From NCBI GenBank assembly GCA_902568465.1, contig CACFQR010000001.1, positions 100,525-164,524 of the forward strand: a DNA stretch of 64,000 nucleotides. Reading direction: 5' to 3'. The notes beneath the pieces are model-generated. The model was not told the DNA's origin, made no database searches, and was given only the letters and a program-made list of their open reading frames with translations. The DNA is from an uncultured Pelagibacteraceae bacterium. GTDB lineage: Bacteria; Pseudomonadota; Alphaproteobacteria; Pelagibacterales; Pelagibacteraceae. This document shows positions 18,840 through 29,568 of this stretch, piece after piece (within the stretch, counting starts at the first letter, position 1; each line of letters opens with the position of its first letter). Both the position numbers and the translations under genes were made by a program.

Positions 18840-19204
18840 GAAACCATTTTACCTATTTTTTCGCCGCCAAAAATATGAAAGTGTAAATGAGGAACTTCTT
18901 GACCTCCATTTTCTCCAACATTTACTAAAGATCTATACCCTTTTCCGTTTACTACTTCAGAGACTCCTAATTTTTTAGCAACTATTCCTATTCCTTTTAT
19001 CAAACCAACAATTTCCTTTTCTGAGCCTTTTGATGAAAAATCGTCTAAATTTACATATTCTCCCTTTGGGATTACCAAAGCATGTACCTTTTTTTGTGGA
19101 TTTACATCATGAAAAGCTAATACAAATTCATCTTCATAAATTTTTTTACAAGGAATTTCACCTCTAAGAATTTTAGCAAAAATATTATTTTTATCGTATT
19201 TCAT
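18836..19204 (-). CDS. HIT-family (histidine triad) nucleotide hydrolase
   Basis: HLHFHIFGG histidine triad. Confidence 0.9.
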   Translation of the reverse strand: MKYDKNNIFAKILRGEIPCKKIYEDEFVLAFHDVNPQKKVHALVIPKGEYVNLDDFSSKGSEKEIVGLIKGIGIVAKKLGVSEVVNGKGYRSLVNVGENGGQEVPHLHFHIFGGEKIGKMVS

Positions 19205-19473
19205 TTTTGTCTTTTCTTTAACTCATCCATGACATCTTCAATTTTAATACCATTTGCTTCTAAAAGCACCATCAAATGATAGAGAACATCTGCCGATTCA
19301 TGAACTTTATTTGAATTTTTTTCGATAGCATCAATAAGTTCTGCTATTTCTTCTTTTACCTTTTCAATACTTAACTTTTTATTTTTCAATAATTTTTTTG
19401 TGTAAGAATCTTCAGCGGAAGAATCTTTTCGTTGACGAATAGTAGCAATTAATTCTTCTAAAGTTTTAAACAT
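19201..19473 (-). CDS. hisE: Phosphoribosyl-ATP pyrophosphatase
   Basis: 90-aa HisE-like protein (SYTKKLL...EEIAELIDA...ADVLYHLMVLL) downstream of hisF. Confidence 0.9.
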   Translation of the reverse strand: MFKTLEELIATIRQRKDSSAEDSYTKKLLKNKKLSIEKVKEEIAELIDAIEKNSNKVHESADVLYHLMVLLEANGIKIEDVMDELKKRQK

Positions 19474-19476
19474 ATA

Positions 19477-20235
19477 TTAAATTCTTACAGGAATTCCTTT
19501 GGAGTCTAAATATTTTTTTGCATCTTGTATTGAAAATTTACCAAAGTGGAAAATTGATGCTGCCAATACCGCGCTTGCTTTACCGATTTTAAACCCCTCG
19601 TGTAAGTGTTCTAAATTACCAACTCCGCCTGACGCAATAACAGGTATTTTAACCAAATTAGAAACCTTTTTTGTAAGATCCAGGTCATATCCTTTTTTTG
19701 TTCCATCTCTATCCATTGATGTGAGTAGTATTTCGCCTGCACCTAATGACTCCATTTTAGAAACAAATTTTAAAACATCTTTTCCTGTACCTTTTCTACC
19801 ACCATGAGTGAAAACTTCCCATTTATTGTTATTTACTTTCTTTGCATCTACAGCAACAACGATACACTGTGATCCAAATTTTTCAGCACCTTCGCTGATT
19901 AATTTTTCATTTGTAACTGCTGCAGTATTGATTGAAACTTTATCTGCACCCGCTAGTAGCAATTTTTTAATATCATCTAAACTACGCACCCCTCCTCCTA
20001 CTGTTAGAGGAACAAAACATTTTTCTGTAGTCTTTTTAACAACTTCTAAAATTGTATTCCTATCCTCATGGGTCGCTGTAATATCCAAAAAACAAATTTC
20101 ATCAGCACCACCATCATTATATATTTTTGCCTGTTCAGCTGGGTCACCAGCATCAATAAGGTTTACAAAATTTATCCCTTTTACTACTCTACCTTTATTA
20201 ATATCAAGACATGGGATGATTCTTTTTTTTAACAT
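19477..20235 (-). CDS. hisF: Imidazole glycerol phosphate synthase, cyclase subunit
   Basis: RIIPCLDI..., [22 protein letters not shown] motifs. Confidence 0.95.
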   Translation of the reverse strand: MLKKRIIPCLDINKGRVVKGINFVNLIDAGDPAEQAKIYNDGGADEICFLDITATHEDRNTILEVVKKTTEKCFVPLTVGGGVRSLDDIKKLLLAGADKVSINTAAVTNEKLISEGAEKFGSQCIVVAVDAKKVNNNKWEVFTHGGRKGTGKDVLKFVSKMESLGAGEILLTSMDRDGTKKGYDLDLTKKVSNLVKIPVIASGGVGNLEHLHEGFKIGKASAVLAASIFHFGKFSIQDAKKYLDSKGIPVRI

Positions 20236-20955
20236 TTAAATTAGCTCACTAAGTTCTTTAACTTTAATGTTACCATCATAAATTGCTCTTCCTATAATAA
20301 CACCTTCTATATTCGGAAATTTACTTTTTTTAATACTTATAACATCTGCTAATGAAGAAATACCGCCAGAAATTACTATTGGTATTTTTGTAACCTTGGA
20401 TAAATTTAAAGTTTCTTTTATATTTGGTCCAAGTTTAGTTCCATCTCGGTCAATATCAGTATAAATTATTCTAGAAACACCAATATTATTTATTTTTTTT
20501 ACAAAGTCTGAAGCTAAGATAGTTGTTTGCTTTTTCCATCCATTCAAAGCTATGTAACCTTTTCTTGCATCCAAAGATAAAATAATTTTATTTTGAAATT
20601 TTTGGCACGCATTTTTCAAAAATTCTATACTTTCTATCGCAGCTGTTCCTAATATAACTTTGTTAGCACCCGCATCTAATAATTTTTTTATATGTTCTAA
20701 AGATCTAATCCCGCCGCCAACTTGAATTTTAATTTTGTGTATTAAACTTATTTCTTTAATGATATTTTCGTTTATGGTTCTGTTGTCTAAAGCGCCATCT
20801 AAATCAACTATGTGAATGTTATTAAGGCCTAAGGCTAAAAATTCTTTAGCTTGATCAACTGGGGATTTTTCGTATTGAGTAATCTTATTAAAGTCTCCTT
20901 TTAAAAGTCTCACACACTTTCCCCCTTTAATGTCGATTGCAGGGAATATTATCAT
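20236..20955 (-). CDS. hisA: ProFAR isomerase
   Basis: IIFPAIDIKGGKCVRL, VGGGIRS, and DIDRDGT motifs. Confidence 0.95.
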   Translation of the reverse strand: MIIFPAIDIKGGKCVRLLKGDFNKITQYEKSPVDQAKEFLALGLNNIHIVDLDGALDNRTINENIIKEISLIHKIKIQVGGGIRSLEHIKKLLDAGANKVILGTAAIESIEFLKNACQKFQNKIILSLDARKGYIALNGWKKQTTILASDFVKKINNIGVSRIIYTDIDRDGTKLGPNIKETLNLSKVTKIPIVISGGISSLADVISIKKSKFPNIEGVIIGRAIYDGNIKVKELSELI

Positions 20956-20962
20956 TTTTAAC

Positions 20963-21553
20963 TTATAAGGTTCCTTTTGTTGAAGGAATTCTATTTTTAA
21001 TTCTTTTGTCGATTTCCAATGCCTGTCTTAAAGAACGAGCAAGGCCTTTGTAACACGACTCGATTATATGATGACTATTATCTCCATAAATATTTTCTAC
21101 ATGCAAAGTAATTCCTGCAGCTTGAGAGAAGGCCTGGAACCATTCTTTAAAAAGTTCAGTATCCATTTCTCCCAATTTTTCTACTTTTAATTTTACTTTC
21201 CAAATTAAATAAGGCCTATTTGAAACATCAATAGAAACCCTAGTTAATGTTTCATCCATAGGAATTACTGAATGGGCAAATCTTTTTATTCCTTTTGATG
21301 AGCGAATAGCTTTCTTTATGCATTCACCGATAGCTATACCAGTATCCTCAGTGGTGTGATGAAGATCTATGTGCGTATCTCCCTTGGCTTGGATTTTTAA
21401 ATCAATTAATGAATGTTTCGAAAGTTGTTCTAACATATGGTTTAGAAAACCTATTTTAGTATCTATTTTATATGAGCCTTTACCATCTATATTCGCTTCA
21501 ACGAGTATATTGGTTTCTTTCGTTTTTCTGTTTATTTTAGCTTTTCTAGGCAT
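20963..21553 (-). CDS. hisB: Imidazoleglycerol-phosphate dehydratase
   Basis: RKTKETNI..., [10 protein letters not shown], and the SHHIIES motif. I use the internal ATG at 21553 ([14 protein letters not shown]). The 54-codon upstream extension in the ORF track has no HisB similarity and would overlap hslV. Confidence 0.9.
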   Translation of the reverse strand: MPRKAKINRKTKETNILVEANIDGKGSYKIDTKIGFLNHMLEQLSKHSLIDLKIQAKGDTHIDLHHTTEDTGIAIGECIKKAIRSSKGIKRFAHSVIPMDETLTRVSIDVSNRPYLIWKVKLKVEKLGEMDTELFKEWFQAFSQAAGITLHVENIYGDNSHHIIESCYKGLARSLRQALEIDKRIKNRIPSTKGTL

Positions 21554-21659
21554 ATAGCGCCTCTGTAATAACAGGGTATATAAAGATTTCAAGAATATAT
21601 CAATAAAATGAATTTTTGGCCTTGAAGATATCAAATAAATCTCCACATAACCTATCACT

Positions 21660-22199
21660 ATGAGCAATAATTCAAATTGGCACGGAACGACAATTGTTCT
21701 TATTAGAAAGGACAATAATGTTGTTGTTGCTGGGGATGGCCAGGTAAGCCTAGGAAATACAGTTATAAAAAGTACTGCAAAAAAAGTAAGAAAAATTGAA
21801 AAAAGAAATGTAATTGCAGGGTTCGCGGGATCAACAGCAGATGCTTTGACTCTTTTTGAAAGGCTAGAAGCTAAATTAGAAAAACATGCTGGGAATCTTA
21901 CTAGAGCTGCTGTTGAATTAGCAAAAGATTGGAGAACAGATAAATACTTAAGAAGGTTGGAAGCGCTAATGGCAATCGCTGATAAAGAAAAAAGTTTTAT
22001 AATTTCTGGAACGGGAGATGTGTTGGAGCCTGAAGAAGGTATTATAGGTATAGGCTCAGGTGGGAATTATGCGTTGGCTGCAGCTAAAGTCTTAATGGAC
22101 TCTAAAATGTCAGCAGAAGATATTGCAAAAAAATCAATTCAAGTTGCGTCGGAAATATGCGTTTTCACAAATAATAATATAACTTTAGAAAAAATATAA
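21660..22199 (+). CDS. hslV: ATP-dependent protease subunit HslV
   Basis: WHGTTIV N-terminal Thr nucleophile context and GSGGNYAL motif. Confidence 0.95.
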   Translation: MSNNSNWHGTTIVLIRKDNNVVVAGDGQVSLGNTVIKSTAKKVRKIEKRNVIAGFAGSTADALTLFERLEAKLEKHAGNLTRAAVELAKDWRTDKYLRRLEALMAIADKEKSFIISGTGDVLEPEEGIIGIGSGGNYALAAAKVLMDSKMSAEDIAKKSIQVASEICVFTNNNITLEKI

Positions 22200-22203
22200 T
22201 TAT

Positions 22204-23577
22204 ATGAAACAAAAAACAAATGTAACTTCTTTACCTTCGAGAGATCAAATTAAAGACAAAAATGATAAATCTGTAGTTTCGTCTCTTTCTCCTAGAGAAA
22301 TAGTTTCTGAACTAGATCGTTATGTTATAGGGCAGAACGCTGCAAAAAGAGCTGTTGCAATAGCACTTAGAAATAGATGGAGAAGACAAGCTTTGAAAGG
22401 TGATATGAAAGATGAAGTATTGCCAAAAAATATTTTAATGATAGGACCAACTGGAGTTGGAAAAACAGAAATATCAAGAAGACTTTCTAAATTAGCAGAA
22501 GCTCCATTTATAAAAGTTGAGGCTACAAGATTTACTGAAGTTGGGTATGTGGGTAGAGATGTAGAACAAATTATAAGAGATTTACTAGAGATAGCAATAG
22601 CTATCGAAAAAGAAAGAATGAGAAAAGAGGTATATGCGAAAGCTCAACAAGCTGCAGAGGAAAGAGTTCTAAATACACTTGTTGGTAATAAAGCTAGTGT
22701 AGCAACTAGAGAAAGCTTTAGAAAAAGATTAAGAAGCGGTGATCTCGACAATAATGAAATTGAAATTGAAGTTAATGAAGCACCTAATATGCCAAGTTTT
22801 GAAATACCTGGTATGCCAGGAGCAAATGTTGGCATGATTAATATTTCTGAAATGTTGGGAAAAAATATGAAAAAGGGCAAAAAGAAAAAAATGACTGTAA
22901 AAGAGTCTCATGAAATTTTAATTGCTGAGGAATCAGATAAAATGATTGAACAAGATACCATTATAAAAACTGCAAAAATTTCAACTGAAAATAATGGAAT
23001 AGTTTTCTTAGATGAAATAGATAAAGTATCAGCAAGAGGAGATAGAATTGGCGGAGATGTGTCTCGTGAAGGAGTTCAAAGAGATTTACTGCCATTAATA
23101 GAAGGCACAACGGTAAGTACTAAACATGGTCCTATAAAAACCGATCACATATTATTTATAGCTTCAGGTGCTTTCCAATTAGCTAAACCATCAGATCTTC
23201 TGCCAGAGCTACAGGGTAGATTGCCAATTAGAGTAGAACTTAATGCTTTAACAAGTAATGATTTTAAAAGAATTTTAGAAGAACCTGACAATAGCTTAAT
23301 TAAACAATATAGGGCTCTTTTAGAAACAGAAAAAGTAACTTTAGAATTTTCAAAAGATGGTATTGAAACTATTGCTAAGCTAGCAACAGAAATTAATTCT
23401 AGTATAGAAAATATTGGTGCAAGAAGACTACATACAATTATTGAAAAGGTTTTAGATGAAATCAGTTTTACTGCCACTGACCGAGGTGGTGAAAAAATTA
23501 TAATTGATAAAGATTATATAGTTAAAAATATAGGAGAGCTTGCAAAAGATACAGATTTATCAAAATTTATTTTGTAA
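22204..23577 (+). CDS. hslU: ATP-dependent protease ATPase subunit HslU
   Basis: [15 protein letters not shown], Walker [21 protein letters not shown]. Confidence 0.95.
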   Translation: MKQKTNVTSLPSRDQIKDKNDKSVVSSLSPREIVSELDRYVIGQNAAKRAVAIALRNRWRRQALKGDMKDEVLPKNILMIGPTGVGKTEISRRLSKLAEAPFIKVEATRFTEVGYVGRDVEQIIRDLLEIAIAIEKERMRKEVYAKAQQAAEERVLNTLVGNKASVATRESFRKRLRSGDLDNNEIEIEVNEAPNMPSFEIPGMPGANVGMINISEMLGKNMKKGKKKKMTVKESHEILIAEESDKMIEQDTIIKTAKISTENNGIVFLDEIDKVSARGDRIGGDVSREGVQRDLLPLIEGTTVSTKHGPIKTDHILFIASGAFQLAKPSDLLPELQGRLPIRVELNALTSNDFKRILEEPDNSLIKQYRALLETEKVTLEFSKDGIETIAKLATEINSSIENIGARRLHTIIEKVLDEISFTATDRGGEKIIIDKDYIVKNIGELAKDTDLSKFIL

Positions 23578-23580
23578 GTA

Positions 23581-24003
23581 TTATTTTTTTTTTAAAAAAA
23601 CATTTATTGCGCCAGCCCCTCCATCTTCAATAGAAGCAGGCACTATTTTGCTTATTTTAGTAGCTAAATTTTTATCTTTGTAAATATAATCTGGGACAGC
23701 ATTTTTTAATATACTAAATTTTTCTGAAACGTAGGGATTATCATAAGATTTGGAGTGCAATCCTTTGCCTGTTACAATTAAAATTTTTTTAATACCTTTT
23801 TTAAAAGATTTTAATATAAATTTTTCAACTTCTTTATTTGCTTCTGATAAAGACAAACCATGTAAATCAAGTTTTGGTACAATGTTGGACTCATGGCCTT
23901 GTTTAGGTAAATCTGATACCTTTACACTGATATCACCCATACTTTTTGTAAAAGCTTCCCAATCTTGTTTATCTTTTAGAGAAGCAATAATTTTTTTTTT
24001 CAC
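23581..24003 (-). CDS. Smr-domain protein
   Basis: LDLHGLSLSEA...ILIVTGKG Smr signature. Confidence 0.8.
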   Translation of the reverse strand: MKKKIIASLKDKQDWEAFTKSMGDISVKVSDLPKQGHESNIVPKLDLHGLSLSEANKEVEKFILKSFKKGIKKILIVTGKGLHSKSYDNPYVSEKFSILKNAVPDYIYKDKNLATKISKIVPASIEDGGAGAINVFLKKK

Positions 24004-24605
24004 TATTTATTTGAGGTTTCAACTAAATACCAGGTAGGATCTTGGCTCCACATATTTTTTGAAAACTTCCAAACATCATTTGCAGTCTTAATTGTGTCTG
24101 GATTTCCCTCAATTATTTGATTATTTTTATCCTTAACACAAGTAATGATTTCACTAACAAAATTTACTGTAACTTTGTAAATATTTTCTATTTTCTTAAA
24201 CTCTAATATTTTTGATGACTTAATTCCTATAAAAGTCGTTTCATATTTTAGTTCTTTTTTCTTTCTGTTGTCTATAACTTCAGAAAAACTATTAAATAAG
24301 TCTTTACCCAATAAACTTTTTAAAGATTTTTTATCTCCATTAGCAAAAGAAGTAATTATTTGTTCGTAAGCAATGTCTGCACCTTTTAGAAACTGTTTCT
24401 TTGCCTCTTCGTCAACATTTCCGGTTCGTATAGCTTCATTATTTTCAATGTCTTTAAGAACCTCTATACCTTTAGGAAAATATCTATTTGTTGGCTTGCC
24501 CTGGAATCCAGTCTTTCTACCTAAAATATTTCTCAGACGCAAAACTATAAAACCAGCGAACATGGCTAGTAATATTATATCTATAAATCCAAACTGACTG
24601 CTCAT
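24003..24605 (-). CDS. Tim44-like domain membrane protein
   Basis: N-terminal TM helix and a C-terminal Tim44-like domain (WKFSKNMWSQDPTWYLV). The position next to fxsA-secB is conserved in alphaproteobacteria. I prefer the internal ATG at 24605. Confidence 0.75.
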   Translation of the reverse strand: MSSQFGFIDIILLAMFAGFIVLRLRNILGRKTGFQGKPTNRYFPKGIEVLKDIENNEAIRTGNVDEEAKKQFLKGADIAYEQIITSFANGDKKSLKSLLGKDLFNSFSEVIDNRKKKELKYETTFIGIKSSKILEFKKIENIYKVTVNFVSEIITCVKDKNNQIIEGNPDTIKTANDVWKFSKNMWSQDPTWYLVETSNK

Positions 24606-24662
24606 ACTTTTTTGATTATAATACCTATATGATATAGTATGCAAATAAAAATAAGCTGACAA

Positions 24663-25088
24663 ATGAACGCTGTATTCCTTTTTATAATTGGTATTCCCGC
24701 AATTGAAATTTATTTAATGATTAAAGTTGGCGGAGTTATTGGGGCATTAAATACAGTTTTACTGATTTTCTTTACAGCTATTACAGGAGTATTTTTTGCA
24801 AGAATTGAGGGTTTGAAGGCAATAGGGTCTGGTTTCAATCAATTAATAAAAAACGAAATACCAATTTATGAATTAATATCTGGCGCAGCTTTGGCATTTG
24901 CTGCTTTACTGCTCATAATCCCAGGCTTCTTAACGGATGTAATTGGTTTTTTATTAATAATACCTTTTACAAGAAAAATTTTTATTAATTCTATATCATC
25001 AAAATTTAACAAAAAAAAAATGAAAACAAATGTTATTGAAGGTGAATTTGAAGAAACAAAAGAAAAAGAAGAGAAGGATAAACAGTGA
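24663..25088 (+). CDS. fxsA: FxsA family membrane protein
   Basis: Typical FxsA N-terminus (EIYLMIKVGGVIG), IPGFLTD motif. Confidence 0.8.
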   Translation: MNAVFLFIIGIPAIEIYLMIKVGGVIGALNTVLLIFFTAITGVFFARIEGLKAIGSGFNQLIKNEIPIYELISGAALAFAALLLIIPGFLTDVIGFLLIIPFTRKIFINSISSKFNKKKMKTNVIEGEFEETKEKEEKDKQ

Positions 25089-25504
25089 GTTATAAAATTG
25101 TATCAAAATTTATAAAGGATATTTCATTTGAAATACCGGACGCAGAAACTTTTGTTACAATTGAAAAAGAGATTTCAAAATATACTCTAAATTTTGATAT
25201 AAAAAGTAAACCCTTTAAAGAAAAAATAGTTGAAGTAAATACTATATTAAAAATTTTACCACCAACTGAAATAAAAAATAAAATGTTGGCAGAAATAAAT
25301 CTCACTGCCTTAATATCAATTGAAAATCCCTCATTAGATAAACAGGCTTTAGAAAAAATAATTTTAGTTGAGGTTCCTAAAGAAGTATACCCAACGCTTT
25401 ATGAGGTTTTTGTTTATTTGTTTAATAAAGCTGGTGTGAAAAATATTACGATAGCAAAAGAAGTAGATTTTCAAAAAATGTATAATGAGAAAACAAAATC
25501 TTAA
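25085..25504 (+). CDS. secB: Protein-export chaperone SecB
   Basis: 139 aa, YIKDISFE-type N-terminus, GTG start in a GTGA overlap with fxsA, conserved position. Confidence 0.8.
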   Translation: MSYKIVSKFIKDISFEIPDAETFVTIEKEISKYTLNFDIKSKPFKEKIVEVNTILKILPPTEIKNKMLAEINLTALISIENPSLDKQALEKIILVEVPKEVYPTLYEVFVYLFNKAGVKNITIAKEVDFQKMYNEKTKS

Positions 25505-26169
25505 TTATAAAAATTTTTAGGAAGATTTTTTTTTAAATATTCTTTATGCATTTTTATTTCTTCATTACTTGGTAAAACTATTTTTTTTGGTTTGTTGCTT
25601 TTTGTGTTGGAAAAATTGACCGTGGAAATTGTCATATTTTTAAAATCTAGTTTAGGTTCCTTTTGATCAACTAAATTTATATAAACCTCTCGCAAAAGTT
25701 TACAATCTAATAGCGCGTTATGTTTTTCTCTTCTTGAATTATCAACATTAAATCTTTTGCAAAGAGCATCTAAAGAATTTTGAGAGCCAGGAAATTTTTG
25801 ACGCGCTATTTCTAATGTATCAATTACAACACTCTTGCTTATTTCATTTTCATTTATTAGTTTTAATTCATAATTCAAAAAAGATAAATCAAACGGAGCA
25901 TTGTGAATTATTAATTTTTTATTTTTAATAAAATCTAAAAAACTTTTCGCTATTTCTTTAAAAGTTTTTTTGCTTGACAGAAATTCTTCTGTATAGCCAT
26001 GTACTTTGAAAGCGTCATCTGAAATTTTTCTTTCAGGATTTATATATTCATGAAAAACTTTATTCGTTGGAATTTGATTATTTAATTCAATACATCCAAT
26101 TTCAACAATTCTGTGTTTTTCCTTTGTTGATAATCCCGTAGTTTCAGTATCGAGTATTACTTCGAGCAT
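25501..26169 (-). CDS. dnaQ: DNA polymerase III epsilon subunit (3'-5' exonuclease)
   Basis: DTETTGL, HNAPFDLSFL and HNALLDC Exo I-III motifs. Confidence 0.9.
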   Translation of the reverse strand: MLEVILDTETTGLSTKEKHRIVEIGCIELNNQIPTNKVFHEYINPERKISDDAFKVHGYTEEFLSSKKTFKEIAKSFLDFIKNKKLIIHNAPFDLSFLNYELKLINENEISKSVVIDTLEIARQKFPGSQNSLDALCKRFNVDNSRREKHNALLDCKLLREVYINLVDQKEPKLDFKNMTISTVNFSNTKSNKPKKIVLPSNEEIKMHKEYLKKNLPKNFYN

Positions 26170-26740
26170 TTAATTTAATTTTTTGCAAAACTCTTTTAAC
26201 ATGTTTTCTGGTTGTATCGTGCTTAAAATTATTTCTAATTATAAAGTCACATTTACTTATTTTTTTATCCACAGAAAATTGAGATTTTCTTAATTTTTTT
26301 AAAATTTTAGAATTAAAATTGGGTCTTTTTTTTAGTTTTTTGCTTATTAGTTTTCTATTGGCGCTAACATACACCAAAATATCACCTTTTTTATTAATTT
26401 TATTTTCAATTAGGAGAGGAATATCCAGCACTACAAAAAAAAAATTTTTATTTTTTCTAAGAAATTTTTTCATTTTTAAACGAATTTCTGGATGTATAAT
26501 CTTATTAATTTTTTTAAGATTTTTTTTATTTTTTAAAATGGCTTTGGTAAGCTCTGTTTTTTTTATAGGAAATGAAGATATGTAATCGGGTAGAATTTTT
26601 TTTATTTTATAATAGCATTTCCTGCTTTTCTTATATAATTTTCTAACTTCTAAATCAGCATCAAAGACTGGATAACCAAATTGTCTTGCAACAAAACTTT
26701 TGCCTGAACCGATATCTCCAACAACCGCAATTCTAATCAT
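26144..26740 (-). CDS. coaE: Dephospho-CoA kinase
   Basis: P-loop (GDIGSGKS) and DIPLL motif. Overlaps dnaQ by 26 nt. Confidence 0.85.
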   Translation of the reverse strand: MIRIAVVGDIGSGKSFVARQFGYPVFDADLEVRKLYKKSRKCYYKIKKILPDYISSFPIKKTELTKAILKNKKNLKKINKIIHPEIRLKMKKFLRKNKNFFFVVLDIPLLIENKINKKGDILVYVSANRKLISKKLKKRPNFNSKILKKLRKSQFSVDKKISKCDFIIRNNFKHDTTRKHVKRVLQKIKLNARSNTRY

Positions 26741-26745
26741 ATGCC

Positions 26746-27600
26746 TTAAAATTTAGTGCCAAGAAATTGTAAATCATCACTTTGGTCTCCTAGTAGTTTA
26801 ACCGCTTCATTATCAATTTTTGGTAAAATATTATGCCAAATTTTAAATGCTAATTGAGCCTGACATATGAACATTATTTTACCGTTTGTAATCTCATTTC
26901 CTAATTCTTTTCCTTTTAAAAGAAAATTTGTTTTGCTGGGATTATAAATAACATCATAAAATAGTTTTTTTTTACCAAAAAATTTTGGCTTATGTTTTTT
27001 ATAATCTAATTGTATTTTATCATCATTTTTTAATCCTAAGCTTGTTGCATTAATAATTATGTCAAAATCAGGACTCTCTCCCCAGTCCAAAGTTTCTAAA
27101 CCTAGAGATGTTTTATAATTACTTTCTAAATCCTGAGCTTTTTTCTTCGTTCTATTGCTGATATAAACCTTGGCTACTCCTAATTTTTCTAAAGCCTTAA
27201 GTATGGAAGGAACAACCCCTCCTGCTCCCAAAATAAATATTTTTTTATTTTTTATATTATAATTTAAATATTCCAAGCTTTGAGCAAAGCCCTCAACATC
27301 AGTGTTATCGCCGATAACTTTATTATCTTTTTTAAAGATAGTATTTACTGATTCAGTCTCTTTGGCCAGCGGGGTTAGTTCATCAAGAAAAGAAATTACT
27401 GTTTTTTTGAATGGTGTAGTTACATTAATCCCATCTATTTTTCCTGTTTTAATTTCCGAAATTATTTCCTTAATTTCATTTTCTTTTAATTTTTTTTTAT
27501 CATAAATAGCATTTATATTATTCTTTTTTATCCAATGATTATGTAATTTGGGGGACAAAGAATGTTCTATTGGATTTCCTATAACTAAAAATTTTTTCAT
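26746..27600 (-). CDS. aroE: Shikimate dehydrogenase
   Basis: GNPIEHSLSP, NVTTPFK, GDNTDVEGF, and GAGG motifs. Confidence 0.9.
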   Translation of the reverse strand: MKKFLVIGNPIEHSLSPKLHNHWIKKNNINAIYDKKKLKENEIKEIISEIKTGKIDGINVTTPFKKTVISFLDELTPLAKETESVNTIFKKDNKVIGDNTDVEGFAQSLEYLNYNIKNKKIFILGAGGVVPSILKALEKLGVAKVYISNRTKKKAQDLESNYKTSLGLETLDWGESPDFDIIINATSLGLKNDDKIQLDYKKHKPKFFGKKKLFYDVIYNPSKTNFLLKGKELGNEITNGKIMFICQAQLAFKIWHNILPKIDNEAVKLLGDQSDDLQFLGTKF

Positions 27601-28166
27601 AAATTTAATGCAGTTTTTTTAACGTCCTCTAAATATTTTTCTCTTTTTTTATCAGTAACAAATGGTACTGCAAAATATCTTCTATAATTTATATTATAAA
27701 TTCCACAAATATGAAAAACACCACGTTTTAATCTTCTAATAGGTAAATTTAAAAAAAAGGTAGTTATTGCAAGTCTTGGAGAACCATAAGTACAAAATAT
27801 TATTGCTTTTTTATTTTTCAATTTACCAAGAGGATATCCATAATTGCCTACCAGCTTTTTAAAAGTAAAAGCCCAAGGTGGCGCCAACACTTTATCGATC
27901 CAGCCTTCCACGATTGCGGGCATTCTAAAATTCCAAATTGGTGCTACTAATGCAATTATATCGCAATTTTCAATTCTTTTACGGTGATCTAAAACTATTT
28001 CATCGGGTTCTTCGCCAGCAAATACTGGGTTAAATTTTTCTTTATAAAGATCTACACAGTCAACGGTGTGTCCAATTCCCTCTGCGGTTTGAATAAAAGT
28101 ATTTTTTATTGCAGCATTGAAAGACTTGTCCTCGTAGTGACCATAAATCATAAAAATTTTTTTCAT
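27597..28166 (-). CDS. Flavodoxin-like NAD(P)H dehydrogenase (quinone) family protein
   Basis: Flavodoxin_2-type pattern (SFNAAI..., DLY..KFNP, PIWNFRMPAIVEGWIDKV). Confidence 0.75.
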   Translation of the reverse strand: MKKIFMIYGHYEDKSFNAAIKNTFIQTAEGIGHTVDCVDLYKEKFNPVFAGEEPDEIVLDHRKRIENCDIIALVAPIWNFRMPAIVEGWIDKVLAPPWAFTFKKLVGNYGYPLGKLKNKKAIIFCTYGSPRLAITTFFLNLPIRRLKRGVFHICGIYNINYRRYFAVPFVTDKKREKYLEDVKKTALNL

Positions 28167-28750
28167 TTTAAATTTTTTAAATACTCCTTTATCTGTTTTA
28201 CTGGCAATCCCATAATAGTATTTTCGTCTCCCTCGATTTTAGAAAATAAAGATCTTCCATCTGATTCTATTTGATAAACTCCATATGCAAATAATTCTTT
28301 GTCCTTTATCTTTTTTAAATATAATTTAATTTCGTCCAAATTAAGTTGCTTCATTATTAAATTGGAGGAGTCAGTAAAATTCCAAATCATTGAGCCATTT
28401 TTTGATATACAGACAGAACTTATTAATTGGTGCTTTTGGCCATTTAATTTTTTAAGAATATTTAATGCTTCTTCTCTAGTTTTGGGCTTAGAAATTAATT
28501 CGCCATTTAAATCAATAACACTATCGGCTCCTAATACTATTTTTTCAGGTAATTTATTACTAATTTTGGTGGACTTTAATTCAGCAAGGTTTTTAGAAAT
28601 TGTAAGTGGACTACACTTTTCTTTAAGCAGTGATTTTTTTACCTCATCCTCGTCAACATTAGGAGCGAAAACTTCACAATCAATATCATTTTTTTCCAGA
28701 ATTTCTTTTCTAACCCCGCTACTTGATGCGAGGATAATTTTTATTTTCAT
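28163..28750 (-). CDS. maf: Maf-family nucleoside triphosphate pyrophosphatase
   Basis: ILASSSGVRKEIL, GADSV, GKP, and YGVYQIE motifs. Confidence 0.9.
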   Translation of the reverse strand: MKIKIILASSSGVRKEILEKNDIDCEVFAPNVDEDEVKKSLLKEKCSPLTISKNLAELKSTKISNKLPEKIVLGADSVIDLNGELISKPKTREEALNILKKLNGQKHQLISSVCISKNGSMIWNFTDSSNLIMKQLNLDEIKLYLKKIKDKELFAYGVYQIESDGRSLFSKIEGDENTIMGLPVKQIKEYLKNLK

Positions 28751-29568
28751 TTAGTTTTCATTATATCAGAAATCTTTATAATCGCAGCAGCAGTTTCTTC
28801 AACAGATTTTCTTGTAACATCTATTATTGGCCAATTATTTTTTCTAAATAAATTTTTAGAATTTTCTAATTCAATTTTAATTTTGCTTTCATTTGTATAT
28901 GTAACTGGTCGATCTTCATGCATCGATTGAATTCTATTTTTTCTAACATCAGAAAGTCTAGCTGGATCACAAATCAAACCAACTGTACAAGTTTTTTTTG
29001 AGCTATTAATTACTTCTTTAGGTAGATTTTTTCCTGGAATAATAGGGATATTGGCAGTTCTATAACCTCTGTTGGCTAAGTATATTGATGTTGGGGTTTT
29101 ACTAGTTCGACTTACTCCAACAAGTATAATGTCAGACTTATCCAAATCTTTTATAATCTTTCCATCGTCGTGTGACATTGTAAATTGTACGGCTTCAATA
29201 CGATTATAATATTCTTCATCAAGTGCGTGCTGCCCGCTGGGTTTGTGGCTTGCTCTTTGTTTTAGTAGTTTTGCAAAATCTGAAATTAAATTTCCCAAAA
29301 CTTCAAAACATGGAATTTTATTATTTTTACACCCTGTCTCCAAATATTTGGCGAGAGGTTCGTCTACTATTGTATATAAAATAATAATATTTTTTTCTTT
29401 TTTACATTTTTCAATAATTTTATCTATTTGATTTTCTGTTCTTGTAAATGAGTAATGTATAGTACTACACTCAAAATTAGAAAATTGAGCTTTGATTGCT
29501 AAAAATATTCTATCTAATGTCTCTCCAGTTGAATCTGAAACTTGATAAACTTGGTAAATCTTATTCAT
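28747..29568 (-). CDS. Pyruvate,phosphate dikinase / PEP synthase regulatory protein family (DUF299 kinase/pyrophosphorylase)
   Basis: VSDSTGETL and GVSRTSKTPTSIYLANRG motifs. Homolog of the origin-flanking DUF299 gene (Rickettsia RP001). Confidence 0.9.
   Translation of the reverse strand: MNKIYQVYQVSDSTGETLDRIFLAIKAQFSNFECSTIHYSFTRTENQIDKIIEKCKKEKNIIILYTIVDEPLAKYLETGCKNNKIPCFEVLGNLISDFAKLLKQRASHKPSGQHALDEEYYNRIEAVQFTMSHDDGKIIKDLDKSDIILVGVSRTSKTPTSIYLANRGYRTANIPIIPGKNLPKEVINSSKKTCTVGLICDPARLSDVRKNRIQSMHEDRPVTYTNESKIKIELENSKNLFRKNNWPIIDVTRKSVEETAAAIIKISDIMKTK

Noticed and set aside
21554-21715. N-terminal extensions of the ORF-track calls for hisB (to 21715), the Tim44-like gene (to 24662), the L,D-transpeptidase (to 54810) and hemD (to 976).
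   Set aside because: The extensions have no similarity to the respective families and would overlap neighbouring genes. In-frame internal starts give canonical N-termini.
26265-26273. A perfect DnaA box (TTATCCACA) inside coaE, 3.3 kb from the candidate origin.
   Set aside because: A single 9-mer of this composition is expected about once by chance in 64 kb on two strands (my rough estimate). It is isolated and intragenic, so I do not treat it as origin evidence.
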